From: Solirubrobacteraceae bacterium
GTDB lineage: Bacteria; Actinomycetota; Thermoleophilia; Solirubrobacterales; Solirubrobacteraceae
Direction: 5' to 3'
DNA length: 64,000 nt
NCBI GenBank assembly: GCA_035940255.1
Contig: DASZFA010000042.1
Span: forward strand, 4,394-68,393
Shown: positions 48,002 through 58,114 of the stretch, piece after piece
Layout of the letters: each line of letters opens with the position of its first letter
Position numbering within the stretch: position 1 is the first letter of the stretch
Notes under the pieces: generated by a model
The model's input: only the letters and a program-made list of their open reading frames with translations
The model's database searches: none
Told to the model about the DNA's origin: nothing
Program-made: the position numbers and the translations under genes

Positions 48002-49050
48002 CACGCCACCGCCTGCGCCTCCAGGCGCCGGCGCTTCTCGTCCGCCTGCAGGGCCGCCGTCAGCTCGTCCAGGCCCCCTTCGAGCACCTGGTCGAGGTTG
48101 TGCACCGTCAGCTTGATTCGGTGGTCGGTCACCCGCCGCTCGCCGTAGTTGTAGGTGCGGATCTTCTCCGCGCGGTCGCCGGTCCCGACCTGCGAGCGAC
48201 GGTCCGCCGCGAGCTCGGCCTGCTGCTCTGCGAGCGCACGCTCGTAGAGGCGTGCCCGCAGCACTCGCAGCGCCTTGTCGCGGTTCTGCAGCTGTGACTT
48301 CTCGTCCTGCATCGAGACGACGATCCCCGACGGCTTGTGCGTTATGCGGACCGCCGAGTCGGTCGTGTTGACCGACTGACCCCCGGGACCGGAGGAGCGG
48401 TAGACGTCGATCTGGAGCTCGTTGGGGTCGATCTGCACGTCGACCTCCTCGGCCTCTGGCAGCACGGCGACGGTCGCGGTCGAGGTGTGGACTCGCCCCT
48501 GCGACTCGGTCTGGGGCACCCGCTGGACACGGTGCGTGCCGCCCTCGAACTTGAACACCGAGTAGGCCCCATCGCCCTTGATGGCGAAGGTGTACTTGCC
48601 CTCGCCGAGATCCAGCGGCTCGGTCTGGAAGCCCAGGCGCTCGGCGTAGCGGGTAAGCATGCGGTACAGGTCGCCGGCCCACAGCCCGGCCTCGTCGCCG
48701 CCGGCGCCCCCCTGGATTTCGACGATCACGCTCTTCTCGTCATTCCGATCGCGCTCGACCATCGCCAGGCGTATCTCCTCCTCGAGCTGCTCGATCCGCT
48801 CGCGTGCCCGCGAGAGCTCCTCGCGCAGCTCCGCGTCCTCGCCCATCTCCGAGAGCATCTCCTCCGCGCCACCGGCGTCGTCTTGGGCGCGGCGCCATTC
48901 CGCCGCCAGCTTCGCCGCGGGCTCGAGCTGACTGTAGGCACGGCCCACCTCCGCGTAGCGGACGCGGTCGGAGATGACCTCGGCGTCGGTCATCTGCTCA
49001 CCCAGCTCGGCGAACCGGGTCTCGATCTGCTTGACGAGCTCCTGGATCAT
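48001..49050 (-). CDS. prfA: Peptide chain release factor 1
   Basis: RVQRVPQTE (PxT), GGQ, EKIRTYN. Confidence 0.97.
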   Translation of the reverse strand: MIQELVKQIETRFAELGEQMTDAEVISDRVRYAEVGRAYSQLEPAAKLAAEWRRAQDDAGGAEEMLSEMGEDAELREELSRARERIEQLEEEIRLAMVERDRNDEKSVIVEIQGGAGGDEAGLWAGDLYRMLTRYAERLGFQTEPLDLGEGKYTFAIKGDGAYSVFKFEGGTHRVQRVPQTESQGRVHTSTATVAVLPEAEEVDVQIDPNELQIDVYRSSGPGGQSVNTTDSAVRITHKPSGIVVSMQDEKSQLQNRDKALRVLRARLYERALAEQQAELAADRRSQVGTGDRAEKIRTYNYGERRVTDHRIKLTVHNLDQVLEGGLDELTAALQADEKRRRLEAQAVA

Positions 49051-49092
49051 TCCGGCCAGTCTAGGTGGCCGGGCTTCTCGGGCAGTGAGCCG

Positions 49093-49644
49093 TTAGGCCG
49101 TGACGCGCTCTGGCTGGGCGAGCTCGATCAGCTCGGTCAGGGTCGCATCGAGCAGCTCCCGCGCGTCGTCGTCGAGCGGCAGCCCGTCGGCGCCCAGAGC
49201 CTCGTCGGCCTGGGAGATCGGTATTTCGCGATCCACCACCCGCGCGCCGATCGTGCTCAGCACCTTGCGCGTCTCCGCCTGGGCCCAGACGGCGCCGAAC
49301 AAGCCCGTGCTCGCGCCGATCACCGCGGCCGGCTTGCCCATCAGCGGCGTGCTCGCGATCGGTCGCGAGACCCAGTCGAGGGCGTTCTTGAGCACGCCGG
49401 GCATCGAGGCGTTGTACTCGGGGGTCGCCACGAGGACGGCGTCCGCCCCGGCGATCGCGGCGTTCAGGGCCGCGACTGCCGGGGGAGTCTCGTGCTCGTC
49501 ATCCTCGCTGTACGGCGGGATCGCCGCGAGCTGGTCGAACACCTCCAGCTCGACACCCTCCGGCAGGAGCTTGCCGATGCCCCGCAACAGGCGTGTGTTG
49601 TGGGACTCGCGCCGTAGGCTTCCTGAGATTCCGAGGATGCGCAT
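49093..49644 (-). CDS. NADPH-dependent FMN reductase
   Basis: GSLRRES.N, TPEYN.S.PG.LKNALDW. Confidence 0.9.
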   Translation of the reverse strand: MRILGISGSLRRESHNTRLLRGIGKLLPEGVELEVFDQLAAIPPYSEDDEHETPPAVAALNAAIAGADAVLVATPEYNASMPGVLKNALDWVSRPIASTPLMGKPAAVIGASTGLFGAVWAQAETRKVLSTIGARVVDREIPISQADEALGADGLPLDDDARELLDATLTELIELAQPERVTA

Positions 49645-49649
49645 GAGCG

Positions 49650-50201
49650 CTAGGCCTGCCTCACGAGCTCGAGGGAAACCTGCAGCTTGACGTCGTTGTC
49701 GACCGCGAAGCCGCCCTTGGGGAGCGGCGCGTTCCACTCCAGCCCGAACTCGCGCCGATCGACGACCGTCTCGAGCTCGAGGCCGAGTTTGTCGTTGCCC
49801 GCGATGTCCTCGTGCGGGCCGCTGATGGTGCCACGCGCGGTGACGTTGTGGGTGCGGTCCTTGATCGTCAGCTCGCCATCGACCTCAAGCTCGCCGCCCT
49901 CCTGCACGCGAACCGCGGTGGAGCGGAAGCGGATCTGGGGGTAGCGCTCGCTGTCGAAGAAGTCGGGCGCTTTCAGGTGACCGGCCAGGTTCTCGTCCCT
50001 GACGACGATCGAGTCGACGTTGACGTAGCCCTCGAGGCGCGGCTCGCCATTCTCACCGACGGTGAGGGCACCGTCGTAGTCCTCGAAGCGGCTGCGGAAG
50101 TTCGACACGACCATGTGCTTGACGGCAAAGCCGACATGCGAGTGGACCTTGTCGATGCTCCAGGTCCCGACCGAGATGTCCTGTTGTGTTGCAACGCTCA
50201 T
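49650..50201 (-). CDS. YceI family protein
   Basis: W.ID..HS.VGF.VKH, HL...DFFD...YP.I.F.S, G.LTIK, RREFG; AAGGAG SD before ATG 50201. Confidence 0.9.
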   Translation of the reverse strand: MSVATQQDISVGTWSIDKVHSHVGFAVKHMVVSNFRSRFEDYDGALTVGENGEPRLEGYVNVDSIVVRDENLAGHLKAPDFFDSERYPQIRFRSTAVRVQEGGELEVDGELTIKDRTHNVTARGTISGPHEDIAGNDKLGLELETVVDRREFGLEWNAPLPKGGFAVDNDVKLQVSLELVRQA

Positions 50202-50229
50202 TGGAAGCTCCTTGTCCTGATAGGGGTTC

Positions 50230-50288
50230 CGGACCTCAGTCCGTTTATCTGATGGGATCAGCATAGCATAGAATCGGACTATGGTCCG
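50230..50288. promoter_or_regulatory. Two CGGAC-N4-GTCCG operators between the divergent yceI and tetR genes
   Basis: CGGACCTCAGTCCG (50230-50243) and CGGACTATGGTCCG (50275-50288), each followed by TTTA. Confidence 0.75.
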
Positions 50289-50306
50289 TTTAGTAAGATG
50301 AAGGTA

Positions 50307-50927
50307 ATGAGTTACGCGAGTTCCCCTTTCGAGTTGCCACAGATCGAGCCCGAGGGCTTCGAGCGCGCCGACGCGGCGCGCAATCGTGAGCGAATCCTCT
50401 GTGCCGCGAGACGCCTCTTCGACGAGCGGGGCGCGGGCTGCGTGTCGATGGACGAGATCGCCGACGCCGCGGGCGTCGGCAAGGGCACGCTCTTCCGCCG
50501 GTTCGGCTCTCGGGCGTCGCTCGCGGCCGCGGTGCTCTCGGAGCGCGAGCGAGAGTTCCAGGAAGGCATCATCCGCGGCGAGCCACCGCTCGGCCCCGGA
50601 GCGCCCCCGCAAGAGCGCCTGATCGCTTTCGGCGAGGCTTTCCTTGACACGCTCGAGGCGCACTCCGAACTGCTGCTGGCGGCCGAGACCGGACCGGCCC
50701 GCTTTGCCCACCCCGCCTACCGCGTGCACCGGCTGCACGTCATGCTGCTGCTCGGAGAGGCCGACCCGGAGTGCGACAGCGAGATGCTCGCGGAGTCGCT
50801 GCTGGCGGCACTCGGCGCCGAGCTCTTCATCTACCTGCGCCGTGCACGCGGCATCTCGCTCGCGCGCCTGAAGGAGAGCTGGCGCGAGCAGGTTCGCCGC
50901 ACCGTCGCGGCCCCCGAGCGCGTTTAG
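50307..50927 (+). CDS. TetR/AcrR family transcriptional regulator
   Basis: RADAARNRERIL, IADAAGVGKGTLFRRF; TAAGAT 7 nt before ATG 50307. Confidence 0.92.
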   Translation: MSYASSPFELPQIEPEGFERADAARNRERILCAARRLFDERGAGCVSMDEIADAAGVGKGTLFRRFGSRASLAAAVLSEREREFQEGIIRGEPPLGPGAPPQERLIAFGEAFLDTLEAHSELLLAAETGPARFAHPAYRVHRLHVMLLLGEADPECDSEMLAESLLAALGAELFIYLRRARGISLARLKESWREQVRRTVAAPERV

Positions 50928-52048
50928 GCCACGACCTCCACGCCCACGAGATCCGCCGCCGAGAGCTCGCCGGGCGTCTCCAGCTCGAGTACGGCCCGCA
51001 GCGAGGCGATCGCGACCTCGAGCTCGGGCAGGTCGGGCTCGCGTGTCGTGAGAAGCTGCAGCTTCAATCCGGGCCACATCACGATCTGCACCCAGCGCCT
51101 GCGGCGATTGCGCCCTGCGAACTTGATCAGCTCGAATGAGATGCCCGCGATCAGCGGCACGCCGAGGATGCGCGTCAATAGGAGCCAGTACCAGGCAGGG
51201 AGGCCGATCGGCGCGAACACGAAGATCGCGACGATCATGACCACGAGCAGGAAGCTCGTGCCACAGCGGGGATGCAGCCGCGAGAAGCGCTGCGCGTTGG
51301 CCGGCGTCAGCGGCAGCCCGGCCTCGAAGCAGGAGATCGTCTTGTGCTCGGCGCCGTGGTACTCGAACACTCGGCGCAGGTCGCGCAGGCGCGAGAGCAG
51401 CAGCAGGTAGCCGAGGAAGATGCCCGTGCGAACGGTCCCCTCCACAAGCCAGAACAGGTACGACGAGCCGAGCTGCCCCTTGATGAGGCTCGTCAGTCCC
51501 ACCGGGATCAGGAAGAACAGCACGATCGCGAAGGCGAGGGCGAGCACGATGGTCCCCGCCCAGACGCCGCGCGGTATCTCCTGAGCTTCCTCCTGATCTT
51601 CCTCAGCGGGGAGTTGCGCGTTGGCCGAGATCTCGAGCGCCCGGAAGCCGATCACCAGCGACTCGCCAAGCGCCACGACTCCCCGCACGATCGGAAGGCG
51701 CAGCAGGCGGTGGCGCTTCAACACCGAGGTCAGGGGAAGCGTGGTCACCTCGATCTCCCCGAGCGCCGGCTCCTCGGGCGAGCGCTCGCCCTCCTGCAGC
51801 TGCTCCGCGCTCGGCTTGCGGACCGCCACGGCCCAGTGGGCCACCCCTCGCATCATCACGCCCTCGAGCACGGCCTGCCCTCCGACGGGAGCGTCTCGCT
51901 GCGCGCTCAGCTCGCCGTCATGTGTCGGGGCCGGGGCGGGAACGGCACCGCTTGGTCCGCTGTCGGTCGCGCCCGTTGCTTGCCCTGCGGGCGAACCGGG
52001 CGGAGCGGCGGCCGCAGCGCTTAGGAATTGCGACTCGGCTGGCGTCAA
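50924..52048 (-). CDS. DUF1385 family membrane protein
   Basis: GGQAVLEGVMMR, YHGAEHK, HPRCGTSF, TTREP; usual rpmE neighbour; start uncertain. Confidence 0.9.
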   Translation of the reverse strand: MTPAESQFLSAAAAAPPGSPAGQATGATDSGPSGAVPAPAPTHDGELSAQRDAPVGGQAVLEGVMMRGVAHWAVAVRKPSAEQLQEGERSPEEPALGEIEVTTLPLTSVLKRHRLLRLPIVRGVVALGESLVIGFRALEISANAQLPAEEDQEEAQEIPRGVWAGTIVLALAFAIVLFFLIPVGLTSLIKGQLGSSYLFWLVEGTVRTGIFLGYLLLLSRLRDLRRVFEYHGAEHKTISCFEAGLPLTPANAQRFSRLHPRCGTSFLLVVMIVAIFVFAPIGLPAWYWLLLTRILGVPLIAGISFELIKFAGRNRRRRWVQIVMWPGLKLQLLTTREPDLPELEVAIASLRAVLELETPGELSAADLVGVEVVA

Positions 52049-52096
52049 GGCTGGCCGATCCTTGATCGGTCGGCGGCCGCGCGCAACGACATGGCG

Positions 52097-52330
52097 CTAC
52101 TTGGCGGACCGAGACTGCGCCGAGTGCAGGCGGCCCTTGGCTACGCGCCGCTGGAAGCGCTCCACCCGTCCGCCGGTGTCCATCAGCTTCTGGCGGCCCG
52201 TGTAGAACGGGTGGCAGTTTGAGCAGACCTCGACGTGCAGCTCATCGCGCGTGGCGCGCGTCGTGAACTCGTTGCCGCAGGTACAGCGCACATGCGCCTG
52301 GACGTAGTTGGGGTGGATCTTCGCCTTCAT
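52097..52330 (-). CDS. rpmE: 50S ribosomal protein L31 (Zn-binding type)
   Basis: [28 protein letters not shown]. Confidence 0.97.
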   Translation of the reverse strand: MKAKIHPNYVQAHVRCTCGNEFTTRATRDELHVEVCSNCHPFYTGRQKLMDTGGRVERFQRRVAKGRLHSAQSRSAK

Positions 52331-52402
52331 CCTCTGATCATTCTAGCGGCCAACCCCTGCCCGGAGAAGGCGCCCCGCCAGCCGCGGTCCGGCTCAGCCG
52401 CC

Positions 52403-52978
52403 TCAGACCGGGGCGTTCGTCGCCGTGGCGAGGAGCACGGGCTGCGCGCACGTCGGCGTGCGTCGTTCCAGGGCTCTGATCAGCTTGCCCTTCGCGGTCA
52501 GCCAGCGGAAGCGGACGGCCGCGCGGTAGACGGCCGGGGCGGCGAGATCGGTGACCTGCTTGATGTAGCGGTAGACCTTGACCCCGGGAGCCGCCCAGCG
52601 CCAGCTGCCGAGCCCCGGCGCCTCGACGGTGTGGAACGCCGCTTCTGCGGGCAGCCGCTCCTGCAGCTCGATGCGGATCGACATGCGGCCGGTGCCGGGG
52701 GTCGCCGTCATTTCGCCGGAGAACGTCGCGGAGCGTTCGGCCTGCACCGACGAGGGCACGCACAGTTCGACGGTCGCCGAGGGCGTCCCGGCGCCGGACC
52801 CCGCCTGGCCTTTCTGCAAAGGGGTGCTCGCGGCGCCTGCCACGACGGCAGCCCCGGTTTCGGCGCTCGCGGAGACCGGCGCCGACACGGCGGCGAGCGC
52901 GAAGCCACAGACGAGCGCGAGCGACAGGCGCCCCGCTCGTCGGCCGCAACGAGCTGCGCATGGTGGAGCGTTCGTCAT
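52403..52978 (-). CDS. Secreted hypothetical protein
   Basis: Signal-peptide-like segment, beta-rich body with two Cys; start uncertain. Confidence 0.6.
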   Translation of the reverse strand: MTNAPPCAARCGRRAGRLSLALVCGFALAAVSAPVSASAETGAAVVAGAASTPLQKGQAGSGAGTPSATVELCVPSSVQAERSATFSGEMTATPGTGRMSIRIELQERLPAEAAFHTVEAPGLGSWRWAAPGVKVYRYIKQVTDLAAPAVYRAAVRFRWLTAKGKLIRALERRTPTCAQPVLLATATNAPV

Positions 52979-53100
52979 CACAGCGAATAACACTGCGCAA
53001 ACCCGCATGTTGCGCGGTTTGCCGGAGACGTTGGTCAGCGTGGGGCTCGGCGACAGGACGCTCAGGGGCCCGCGGAGGGGTACGCGCGGCTTCCCGAATC

Positions 53101-54837
53101 TCAGGTCAGGAGATACAGGGGCCCGTCGCCGCCCTCGGGCGTCGTGAGCCGGCCGCCCTTGGCCGTGATCGCCCCGCACTGCACGCAGTTGGTGTAGTTG
53201 ACGATCACGTCCACCTCACCGTGCTCGGGAGCATCCTCGGGGATCTCATAGACGCCGGCCGGACACATCCAGCGCCATGTCTCGGCGATCTCCCTGGGAA
53301 CGTGTTTCTGAACGCGGATGTGGTTCGGCGCGTCGTCGCGCGTCGTGTTGCCGCTGATGAACACCGAGGAGAGCTTGTCGAACGTGTATTTCGCGTCCGG
53401 CTTGGGGTAGCCGTCCTTCGTCTTGCCGACGAACATCGGCCTGGCGTCGTCGCGATGCCAGCTCCAGCGTCCGCCCGGAAAGCGTCCCTTCGTACCCATC
53501 ATCAGGTTCACGAACGGGAGCCCCTGAATGAAGCCTTTCTGGAACGGCTGGCGCGTGTTGCGAACCTCGTAGAGCTCCTTGCCGATCACCGATTCTTCGA
53601 CGGCCCGTTCGTAGGACTCGAACGAGGACTCGCCGCGAACGAGCGCGGCGTAGATCGACTCGGCCGCGAGCTTGCCCGACATGATGCTGTGGTGCACGCC
53701 CTTCAGCGCCACCGTGTCGACCATTCCGGCGCAGTCGCCGACGAGCACCGCGCCGGGCATCGCTAGCTTCGGCATCGACCACCAGCCGCCGCCCGGCAGC
53801 GCCTTCGCGCCCCAGGCGACGCGCTCGCCGCCCTCGAGGATGCCTTTGACGAGCGGGTGCATCTTGAACTGCTGCAGCAGATCATGGGCGGAGGTGGTCG
53901 CGTCGGCGTACTCGAGGTCGATCACGAAGCCGATGCTGATGAGATCCTCGCCCGTCTTCTCGTCCTTCATCGGATAGATCCACGTGCCGCCGACGTGTCC
54001 GTACTTCGCCGAGATCTTCAGCGGCCACGGGCCGAGCGTGTGGATCACGCGGCCGAGCGGCCTTGGGACCTTCCAGACCTCCTTGACGCCCAGCTCCCAC
54101 ACCTGGGGCTCGCGCCCGGCGGCAAGGTCGAACTCCTTGATCGCAGCACCCGTGAGATGGCCCCAGCAGCCCTCCGCGAGCACTGTGGCGTGCGCCTTGA
54201 TGTCGGTCCCGGGCTCGAAGTTCGAGAGCGGCTCGCCGTCCTTGCCGCGGCCCTTGTCGCCCGAGCGGACCCCCACGACCCGCCCGTCCTGCTCGATCAG
54301 CTGGGTCGCGGCGGTCTCGGTGAGGACGTAGGCGCCGCCCTCCTCGGCCTGGCGCTGCTGGAAGCGCGCCATCGCCGAGACGGATACGACCTCGTTGCCA
54401 TGGTTCTTGAAGTTTGGAGGCGTCGGGATCCGCAGCTTCGTCTTGCCGCTCGGCAGCAGGTAGACCGCCTCCTTCGTGACTTCGCCGAAGGCGAAGCCCT
54501 CCTTGCGCCAGTCCTCGCGGCTCATGTCTGCGAACAGCTCCTGTAGCGGGGCGGGGCGCATCACCGCGCCGGAGAGATTGTGCCCGCCGCAGGTCTTCGC
54601 CTTCTCGATCACCGCCACGGGGACTTCCCCCAGGCGCTCCATCGTCTCGGGATCGTCGGCGAGCAGTTGCAGCAGGCGGTTGGCGCACGCGAGGCCCGCG
54701 GTGCCGCCGCCGATGATCGCCACGCCAACCTCGATCAGCTCGTCCTCGGGATCGAGCCCCCGCTTGATGAATTCCTTGCGTGAATCAACGGGCGGCGGGA
54801 ACGCGGCCGGGGCGACGCTTCCGTTGTGATCGCTCAT
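53101..54837 (-). CDS. Electron-transfer flavoprotein:quinone oxidoreductase (ETF-QO/FixCX-like)
   Basis: GGGTAG, HNLSGA, GVKEVW, GDCAG, KGVH, C-terminal CPAGVYE; follows etfAB. Confidence 0.9.
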   Translation of the reverse strand: MSDHNGSVAPAAFPPPVDSRKEFIKRGLDPEDELIEVGVAIIGGGTAGLACANRLLQLLADDPETMERLGEVPVAVIEKAKTCGGHNLSGAVMRPAPLQELFADMSREDWRKEGFAFGEVTKEAVYLLPSGKTKLRIPTPPNFKNHGNEVVSVSAMARFQQRQAEEGGAYVLTETAATQLIEQDGRVVGVRSGDKGRGKDGEPLSNFEPGTDIKAHATVLAEGCWGHLTGAAIKEFDLAAGREPQVWELGVKEVWKVPRPLGRVIHTLGPWPLKISAKYGHVGGTWIYPMKDEKTGEDLISIGFVIDLEYADATTSAHDLLQQFKMHPLVKGILEGGERVAWGAKALPGGGWWSMPKLAMPGAVLVGDCAGMVDTVALKGVHHSIMSGKLAAESIYAALVRGESSFESYERAVEESVIGKELYEVRNTRQPFQKGFIQGLPFVNLMMGTKGRFPGGRWSWHRDDARPMFVGKTKDGYPKPDAKYTFDKLSSVFISGNTTRDDAPNHIRVQKHVPREIAETWRWMCPAGVYEIPEDAPEHGEVDVIVNYTNCVQCGAITAKGGRLTTPEGGDGPLYLLT

Positions 54838-54838
54838 C

Positions 54839-55819
54839 TCAGCTCGCCTTCTTCGCCTTCACGGCATCTGTGAGCTTGGGCAGGATCTTGTTCAGGTCGC
54901 CGACGACGCCAAGATCGGAGAATTCGAAGATCGGCGCGTTGGCGTCCTTGTTGATCGCGACGATGTTCTCCGACGCCTGCATACCCACCTTGTGCTGGAT
55001 CGCGCCGGAGATGCCGGCCGCGAGGTAGAGCTTCGGCGCGACAGTCTTGCCGGTCTGACCGATCTGCGCCGCATAGGGGTACCAGCCGGCGTCCACCACC
55101 GCGCGGGTGGCGGCGACTGCTGCGCCCGAGCCGAACGCGGCGGCGAGGTCCTCCGCGAGCTGGAAGCCCTCCGCTTTTCCGAGGCCGCGGCCGCCCGCCA
55201 CGAGGATGTCTGCGCCCTCGATGTCGACGTCCGCGCCGCGCTGTTCCCCGCGCGTGAGCATCGTCGCCTGCTGCGCATGCGGGCTCAGCTCGAACGACAG
55301 CGGTTCGACGGCGGCCTGCTGATCCCCGGTTTCCCTGATCTCGAACGCGTTCAGGCGGCCGATGATGATGCCCACGTCCGAGCGGTATTTGACTTCCGAG
55401 ATCGCCGAGTCGCCGAGGATCGGGCGCTCGGCTATCAGCTCGCCGTTCTCGGCGCGCACCGCCGTGACCTCCATCACCACGCCGGCGCCGAGTCGCGCGG
55501 CCAAGCCGGCCCCGATCTCGAAGCCGAGCAGGCCGCCGCCGAACAGCGCGTAGGAGTATCCGCCCTCGGTGATCGCCGCCGCCATCGCGTCCACAAGCGG
55601 CTGGGCCAGCCCCTCGGGGCCCTCGGCGACAAGCGCCTTCTTGGCGCCGTATCTGCCAAGCGAGGCGGCGAGATCGGTCGGAATGTTCTCGCCGAGCAGG
55701 ATCGCGTGCGCCTCGCCGCCCAGCGCGGACGCAAGCTTGGCGCCCTCGGAGACGGCGCCGAGCGAGTTCTTGTTGATCGCGCCGTCGTAGTGCAGCGCGT
55801 AGACCAGGATGTTCGCCAT
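54839..55819 (-). CDS. etfA: Electron transfer flavoprotein alpha subunit
   Basis: AGGRGLG, QIGQTGKTVAP, GISGAIQH, AINKDANAPIF. Confidence 0.95.
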   Translation of the reverse strand: MANILVYALHYDGAINKNSLGAVSEGAKLASALGGEAHAILLGENIPTDLAASLGRYGAKKALVAEGPEGLAQPLVDAMAAAITEGGYSYALFGGGLLGFEIGAGLAARLGAGVVMEVTAVRAENGELIAERPILGDSAISEVKYRSDVGIIIGRLNAFEIRETGDQQAAVEPLSFELSPHAQQATMLTRGEQRGADVDIEGADILVAGGRGLGKAEGFQLAEDLAAAFGSGAAVAATRAVVDAGWYPYAAQIGQTGKTVAPKLYLAAGISGAIQHKVGMQASENIVAINKDANAPIFEFSDLGVVGDLNKILPKLTDAVKAKKAS

Positions 55820-55892
55820 GTCAGTTCAGTTCCTTTCGCTCATCGTCCGCGGAGCCAATTGAAGGTGAGGGGCCCGGCCGCCTGCGCCACCC

Positions 55893-56684
55893 TCATATGA
55901 GCTTGCGCTCGTCGAGCCAGGCGATGATCTGCTCGACGGTCTCGTTGGTGTCCTCGTCCTCGATGATCTGCCCGGCCGCCTTCGCCGGAGGCGCCTTCGC
56001 GGCGATCCATTGGGCGCCGGAGTGCTCGCCGCCGACTTTCGAGGGGTCGATGCCGACGTCGGCCACGGTGACCGCGTCGAGCGGCTTCTTCTTGGCGCCC
56101 ATGATCGCCTTCAGCGACGGGTAGCGCGGCTCGTTGATCGCGTCGCCGACGGAGATCACCGCCGGGAGCTTGACCTGAACGGTGTCGTAGCCGTACTCGG
56201 CCTGGCGCTCGCAGCGCAGCGAGTCGGAGTCGACGTCCATCTTGATCACCTGCGTCAGCGACGGCATCCGCAGGTGCTCAGCCACGACGGCGCCGATCGT
56301 GTAGCACTCGCCGTCGTCGGACTGCTGTCCGAGCAGGACGAGATCCGGGCTCTCTCGCTGCAATGTCTGCGCGAGCGCGTAGCCGGTCGCGGCCACGTCG
56401 GAGCCGGCAACCGCCGGGTCGCTCAGGTGGACGGAGCGGTCGGCGCCCAGCGACACGGCCTTGTGGAGCGCCCGCACGGCGCTCTCGGGGCCCATCGTCA
56501 CGGCGACGATCTCCTCGACCGGCACGGCGCCGCCCTCCCTGATCTGCATCGCCGCCTCGATCGCGTGCGTGTCATACGGGTTGAGGTTCTTCTCACCGCT
56601 GCGGTCCATGCGCCCCGTCGAGGGATCCAGCCTCTTCTCGACGGCGGCGTCCGGAACCTCCTTAACCAGGACGCATATCTTCAT
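55893..56684 (-). CDS. etfB: Electron transfer flavoprotein beta subunit
   Basis: VLVKEVPD, NPYD, TMGP, GQQSDDG, NEPRYPSL. Confidence 0.95.
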   Translation of the reverse strand: MKICVLVKEVPDAAVEKRLDPSTGRMDRSGEKNLNPYDTHAIEAAMQIREGGAVPVEEIVAVTMGPESAVRALHKAVSLGADRSVHLSDPAVAGSDVAATGYALAQTLQRESPDLVLLGQQSDDGECYTIGAVVAEHLRMPSLTQVIKMDVDSDSLRCERQAEYGYDTVQVKLPAVISVGDAINEPRYPSLKAIMGAKKKPLDAVTVADVGIDPSKVGGEHSGAQWIAAKAPPAKAAGQIIEDEDTNETVEQIIAWLDERKLI

Positions 56685-56752
56685 TCTCAGGCAACTCCTT
56701 GGGGTGTGTTGAGAGCGATCCTACTCGCTTCAGCGGTTGACTGACGAGTCAA

Positions 56753-57193
56753 TCAAGAACTGGATACCCGCCCGCCCGCCGTCGAATCGCGGATGAAATC
56801 GACGATCGCCTGGGTCGGCGCCCCCGGCGTGAAGACCTCGGCGACGCCGAGGGACTTGAGCTCCGGAATGTCCTCTGCCGGGATCGTGCCGCCAACCGTC
56901 ACGAGCACGTCATCGATCCCCTGCTCTCGCAGCAGCGCCACCACGCGCGGAACGAGCGTCATATGCGCGCCCGAAAGGATCGAGAGGCCGACGGCGTCGG
57001 CGTCCTCCTGAATCACGGTCTCGACGATTTGTTCGGGAGTCTGGTGCAGCCCCGTGTAGATGACCTCCATCCCGGCGTCGCGCAGGGCACGCGCGATGAT
57101 CTTCGCGCCCCGGTCGTGGCCGTCGAGCCCGGGCTTGGCCACGACCACACGAATCTTGCCGTGATGCTGACGGGAGCTGGAAGTCGACGTCAT
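56753..57193 (-). CDS. Cobalamin-binding subunit of acyl-CoA mutase (methylmalonyl/isobutyryl-CoA mutase small subunit)
   Basis: [12 protein letters not shown] (DxHxxG), SILSGAH, GG, FTPG. Confidence 0.92.
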   Translation of the reverse strand: MTSTSSSRQHHGKIRVVVAKPGLDGHDRGAKIIARALRDAGMEVIYTGLHQTPEQIVETVIQEDADAVGLSILSGAHMTLVPRVVALLREQGIDDVLVTVGGTIPAEDIPELKSLGVAEVFTPGAPTQAIVDFIRDSTAGGRVSSS

Positions 57194-57205
57194 CGACGTC
57201 CCACG

Positions 57206-58114
57206 CTACATCCTGCGCGCGCCCGACGGCGCTCGCCCGCCGCGCCGCAGGCGTCGCACGCCGGGGCTGACGCGCTCTCCTCGTACGCCTCCTGGACGCC
57301 CAGGACGCGGTTGCCGGCGCGCGCCACTGGTGCGGATGGGCCGGCGCTCGCGTACGAGACGGCCGAGGGAAGCGAGCATCGTCCCCGCGCCGAGCGCCGC
57401 GAGCAGCTTCAGGCGACGAGCGAGGCGATCGAGGTGCACGACCTCCCAGCCTTCCTCGGCGGCGATGCGCCTCAGGTGGGGGTCGGGGTTGACGACCACG
57501 GCATGGCGTACGGCCCGCAGCATCGGCACATCGGACTCGGAGTCGGAGTAGGCGTAGGAGGCGTCCAGGTCGATGCAGTCGCGCTCGGCCACCTCTCGCA
57601 TCGAGAGCACCTTTCCCTCGCGGTAGTTGAAGGGTCCGGCCGGCCTACCCGTGTAACGGCCGTCGACGATCTCCGAGCGCGACCCCAGGCCGCCGTCGAA
57701 GGCGAGCACGTGAGCCAGCAGATCGGCCATCTCCTGCGACGCAGCCGTGAGGATGTACACGGGCACGCCCGCGTCCTGGTGCGCGTACGCTCGCGCAAGC
57801 ATCTCGGGATACAGCCGCGGCAGCACGCCCGCCAGAACGCGCGGGGACAGACGCTCGAGATCGCGCACGCGAACGCCGGCGATCATCGCTCCCACGCGCT
57901 GGCGCACGTCGTCGGCGCGTTCGTCGGTCGAGCCACGCAGGCGAAAGCGCAGGTTCTCGTAGACGTCGCGCGCCAGGCGGCCGCGCGAGATCATCCCCGT
58001 TTGGTAAGCGGCCCGCGCGAAGTACACCCCGGAGGAGCCCGCGATCAGGGTCTTGTCCAGGTCGAAGAAGGCGGCTGCGCGCGGAGGCCGCTTGCCGTTG
58101 GTTGACGCGCTCAC
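57206..58114 (-). CDS. HAD-IB family hydrolase
   Basis: FFDLDKT, TA, GK, AYSDSESD, VNPD; GTG 58114 adjoins the thiolase stop. Confidence 0.88.
   Translation of the reverse strand: MSASTNGKRPPRAAAFFDLDKTLIAGSSGVYFARAAYQTGMISRGRLARDVYENLRFRLRGSTDERADDVRQRVGAMIAGVRVRDLERLSPRVLAGVLPRLYPEMLARAYAHQDAGVPVYILTAASQEMADLLAHVLAFDGGLGSRSEIVDGRYTGRPAGPFNYREGKVLSMREVAERDCIDLDASYAYSDSESDVPMLRAVRHAVVVNPDPHLRRIAAEEGWEVVHLDRLARRLKLLAALGAGTMLASLGRLVRERRPIRTSGARRQPRPGRPGGVRGERVSPGVRRLRRGGRAPSGARRM

Noticed and set aside
52997-53022. Hairpin GCAAACC-CGCATGTTGCG-C-GGTTTGC sharing CCGCATGTTGCG with 41645-41656
   Set aside because: Only two copies of a 12-mer; too little to call a repeat family or terminator.
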